35,155 nucleotides of DNA from Actinomycetota bacterium (GTDB lineage Bacteria; Actinomycetota; UBA4738; JACQTL01). The stretch's first letter is position 1, and each line of letters begins with the position of its first letter. The notes beneath the pieces are model-generated. The model was not told the origin of the DNA and did not search any database. It was given only the letters and a program-made list of their open reading frames with translations. Positions 32,947-35,155 of this stretch are shown one piece after another. The stretch is from the NCBI GenBank assembly GCA_046724795.1, contig JBKOXF010000102.1, positions 1 through 35,155 on the forward strand, given 5' to 3'. The translations under genes and the position numbers were made by a program.

Positions 32947-33828
32947 TTACCAGCCGCGAACCTGGAGCTTCTCCGCGAGCTGGGAGATCTCTTGGCCCCG
33001 CATCGGCTCGCCGAGCCCCCGCGACACTTTGGCCAGTACGTCGGGGTCGTTGAAGTACGTCGTGGCCTCGACGATGGCTCGGGCCCTGGGCGCGGGGTCG
33101 TCGCTCTTGAAGATGCCACTCCCCACGAAGTTCCCCTCCGCGCCGAGCTGCATCATCAGCGCGGCGTCAGCCGGCGTGGCGATCCCGCCGGCCGAGAAGT
33201 TCACCACTGGGAGCTTGCCGCTCGCGGCGACTTGCCTGACCAACTCCAGCGGGGCGCCGAGGTCCTTCGCCGCTCGGACCAGCTCTTCGGAGCCGAGCGT
33301 CGTCAGGTGCTTGAGCTGCGACACGATCGCGCGCATGTGCCGGACGGCCTCCACGACGTTCCCTGTCCCGGCTTCACCCTTCGTTCGGATCATCGCGGCG
33401 CCCTCGGCGATCCGACGCAACGCCTCGCCCAGGTCGCGCGCCCCGCACACGAAGGGCACGGTGAACTGCCACTTGTCGACGTGGAATTCCTCGTCCGCCG
33501 GAGTGAGGACCTCGCTCTCGTCCACGTAGTCGGCGCCGAGCGATTGCAGGATCTGGGCTTCCACGAAGTGGCCGATCCGGCATTTGGCCATCACCGGGAT
33601 GGAGACGGCGTCCATGATCTCCTGGATCTTGGCGGCGTCGGCCATGCGGGCCACGCCTCCCTCAGCCCGGATGTCGGCCGGCACGCGCTCGAGCGCCATC
33701 ACCGCGACGGCGCCGGCCTCCTCGGCGATCCTGGCCTGGTCTGCGGTCGTGACGTCCATGATCACGCCGCCCTTCAGCATCTCGGCCAACCCGGACTTGA
33801 CCCGGAACGTGCCGGTTTCGCGCTCCAC
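32947..33828 (-). CDS. pdxS: Pyridoxal 5'-phosphate synthase lyase subunit PdxS
   Basis: [50 protein letters not shown] and [18 protein letters not shown] motifs. The start is the GTG at 33828 (RBS GGAGG) or the in-frame GTG at 33852 (6 nt after TACACT). Confidence 0.97.
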   Translation of the reverse strand: MERETGTFRVKSGLAEMLKGGVIMDVTTADQARIAEEAGAVAVMALERVPADIRAEGGVARMADAAKIQEIMDAVSIPVMAKCRIGHFVEAQILQSLGADYVDESEVLTPADEEFHVDKWQFTVPFVCGARDLGEALRRIAEGAAMIRTKGEAGTGNVVEAVRHMRAIVSQLKHLTTLGSEELVRAAKDLGAPLELVRQVAASGKLPVVNFSAGGIATPADAALMMQLGAEGNFVGSGIFKSDDPAPRARAIVEATTYFNDPDVLAKVSRGLGEPMRGQEISQLAEKLQVRGW

Positions 33829-33899
33829 GGCTCCACCCTCCTGCGCAGTCACGCAGTCAGTGTAGCGAAGCGGCCCGCGGGGCCAGAAGCCGAGCCCGG

Positions 33900-34940
33900 T
33901 TACTTGCCGGTCTCGAGCTTCAGGTTCTGTGGGAAGAGCTCCACCCATGTGTTCCCGGGTGTGAGAGCGATGACGTCGCCCGACTTGGTCTCGAACTTCG
34001 TCACGTCCGATGTGTTCGACCGGATCCACTTCCCCACGACCATGCGGCCGTTCCGGAAGACGTACGCTTTGCCCGTCCCCACCGCCACGACCTCCGGCGA
34101 GAGCGTTCCCCTCACGTCCTTCTGGCCCGGATAGATGATCTTCACCATCTGCACGACCACGTTCTTCGCCGACACCTGCTGGCCTCCCTCGAGCGTGTGG
34201 GGCACCGTGCCGTGGAAGCGCAGCCACACCTGCCTCTTCGCGTTCCACCGCCAGTACACGTCGGAATAGGAAGAGAAGTCGAGGTGCGCGAAGCCCACCT
34301 TCTTCGAGGGGTGCGGGACGGAAGTGTCGTACGTGAAGACCGGCGCGGGCTTGCCCTTCTCGTGGGAAGCCTTGTACAGCGCCTGCGTGCTCGTGTACAG
34401 GTTGTGCGGCGCGGAACGGTTGGGGTCGCGCGTGTACGCGCTCACCGCGATGTTGTAGTTCTCGTCCTTCACCCCCGCCGCATCCACGGCCTGGAGGACC
34501 GACGGCACTCCGCCGGCGTACCCGAACACCGGATGGTCGTACTGCTTGAGGATGCCGGCGTCGGTAAGACGGGCGCTTCGGACGGGCCCGACCCTCGAGG
34601 CGTCCTGGCTCTGGAAGAGCACGATGAACCGGGTGATACCGCCCTCCACCGGCTCCTCGTAGACGATGTCGGCCTTGTCGATCCCGGCCTGGGGCCTGGC
34701 ATCGGGGAGGTTCTCCACCTTGATCGCGAGGGCCGGGCGATCCGGCACGTGGCGCTGCACGCCGGTCAGCGGAGCGGTGGGTGGGGGCTTGGTGGGCTGC
34801 CTGCCGGTGACGACTCGCCCGATCGTCTGCAAGGGCTCCGGGCCCTTCCCCGTCAGCGCCAGGACGGCCGAGAGCGCGACGATGCCGACGACGCCGCCAC
34901 CGATGCTAGCCACGATCTTTCCGCGTTTGGTCAAGGCCAA
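33900..34940 (-). CDS. DUF3048 (YerB-like) membrane-anchored protein
   Basis: [53 protein letters not shown] and LTPGNTWVE motifs. The TTG start has an AAGGAGG RBS. Confidence 0.88.
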   Translation of the reverse strand: MALTKRGKIVASIGGGVVGIVALSAVLALTGKGPEPLQTIGRVVTGRQPTKPPPTAPLTGVQRHVPDRPALAIKVENLPDARPQAGIDKADIVYEEPVEGGITRFIVLFQSQDASRVGPVRSARLTDAGILKQYDHPVFGYAGGVPSVLQAVDAAGVKDENYNIAVSAYTRDPNRSAPHNLYTSTQALYKASHEKGKPAPVFTYDTSVPHPSKKVGFAHLDFSSYSDVYWRWNAKRQVWLRFHGTVPHTLEGGQQVSAKNVVVQMVKIIYPGQKDVRGTLSPEVVAVGTGKAYVFRNGRMVVGKWIRSNTSDVTKFETKSGDVIALTPGNTWVELFPQNLKLETGK

Positions 34941-35059
34941 GTTGAAGGACCTCCTTACAAGGGGACTTGAATTCCTGAGGTTGGAACGCGCCGATGGTAC
35001 CGAGGGTTACAGGGCACCTCAAATACCTGACCGGATTGTTCCCGGTTCTTACCTTGTTT

Positions 35060-35155
35060 TCACATCTCCTCCAGGATACGGATCCGGTCCTGGATCGGGG
35101 GATGCGTCGAGAACAGCTTCTCCAGGGACGACATCTTCTCGCCCGGAACGCGCGA
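35060..35155 (-). CDS. htpX: 3' end of an HtpX-like M48 zinc metalloprotease (truncated by the window edge)
   Basis: Hand translation gives SRVPGEKMSSLEKLFSTHPPIQDRIRILEEM*. LFSTHPP..RI..L is the HtpX C-terminal motif. Confidence 0.8.
   Translation of the reverse strand, partial: SRVPGEKMSSLEKLFSTHPPIQDRIRILEEM

Noticed and set aside
5721-34248. ORF-track N-terminal extensions of mltG (6917), rarA (11867), aspS (16790), hisS (18373), dtd (20530), ruvA (28643), the LuxR regulator (30199) and pdxS (34248)
   Set aside because: The extensions overlap neighbouring genes or terminators and lack homology motifs. Downstream starts have an RBS, a -10 element or stop-start coupling.
48-34970. Numerous long + strand ORFs antisense to the housekeeping genes (e.g. 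1854-3665, 9906-11702, 11110-12861, 20347-21954) and alternate-frame ORFs
   Set aside because: These are shadow ORFs expected in high-GC DNA. They have no recognisable motifs and overlap well-supported genes.

Overview
High-GC bacterial chromosomal segment. The gene order and protein features suggest a deep-branching Actinomycetota lineage (inference). Almost all genes lie on the minus strand. In transcription order (right to left) the backbone is: htpX (3' end only), DUF3048/YerB-like, pdxS, pdxT, yebC, ruvC, ruvA, ruvB, yajC, secD, secF, apt, a small acidic ORF, rel, dtd, an MBL-fold hydrolase, hisS, aspS, 6S RNA, rarA, DUF948, a small membrane protein, alaS, ruvX, mltG and aroE. It then enters a type IV pilus locus: a Roadblock-like/acidic-repeat protein, pilB, pilT and pilC (truncated by the window). 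Three small accessory inserts interrupt the backbone: a LuxR-TPR regulator, SRPBCC protein and secreted mini-protein splitting pdxS from pdxT; a secreted beta-rich protein between dtd and the MBL gene; and an Asp-box beta-propeller plus a K-channel-like gene between 6S and rarA. The most notable signals are: (1) an unannotated Firmicutes-type 6S RNA with its own promoter downstream of aspS; (2) a SecF whose periplasmic domain appears triplicated in a nested A-A-A-linker-B-B-B arrangement, next to a Cys-rich SecD; (3) a Roadblock/LC7-like protein with an acidic Pro-rich tandem-repeat linker heading the pilus genes, with three sigma-28/WhiG-like promoters (two hidden inside coding sequence) and a PilB whose MshEN motif lacks the key Arg; (4) a dispersed G-quadruplex/hairpin repeat in two 3' UTRs; (5) a LexA box over the ruvC start; and (6) many apparently leaderless promoters, some built from the previous gene's stop codon. 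No tRNA, rRNA, CRISPR array, integrase or transposase was seen. All calls come from motif recognition by eye; no searches were run.
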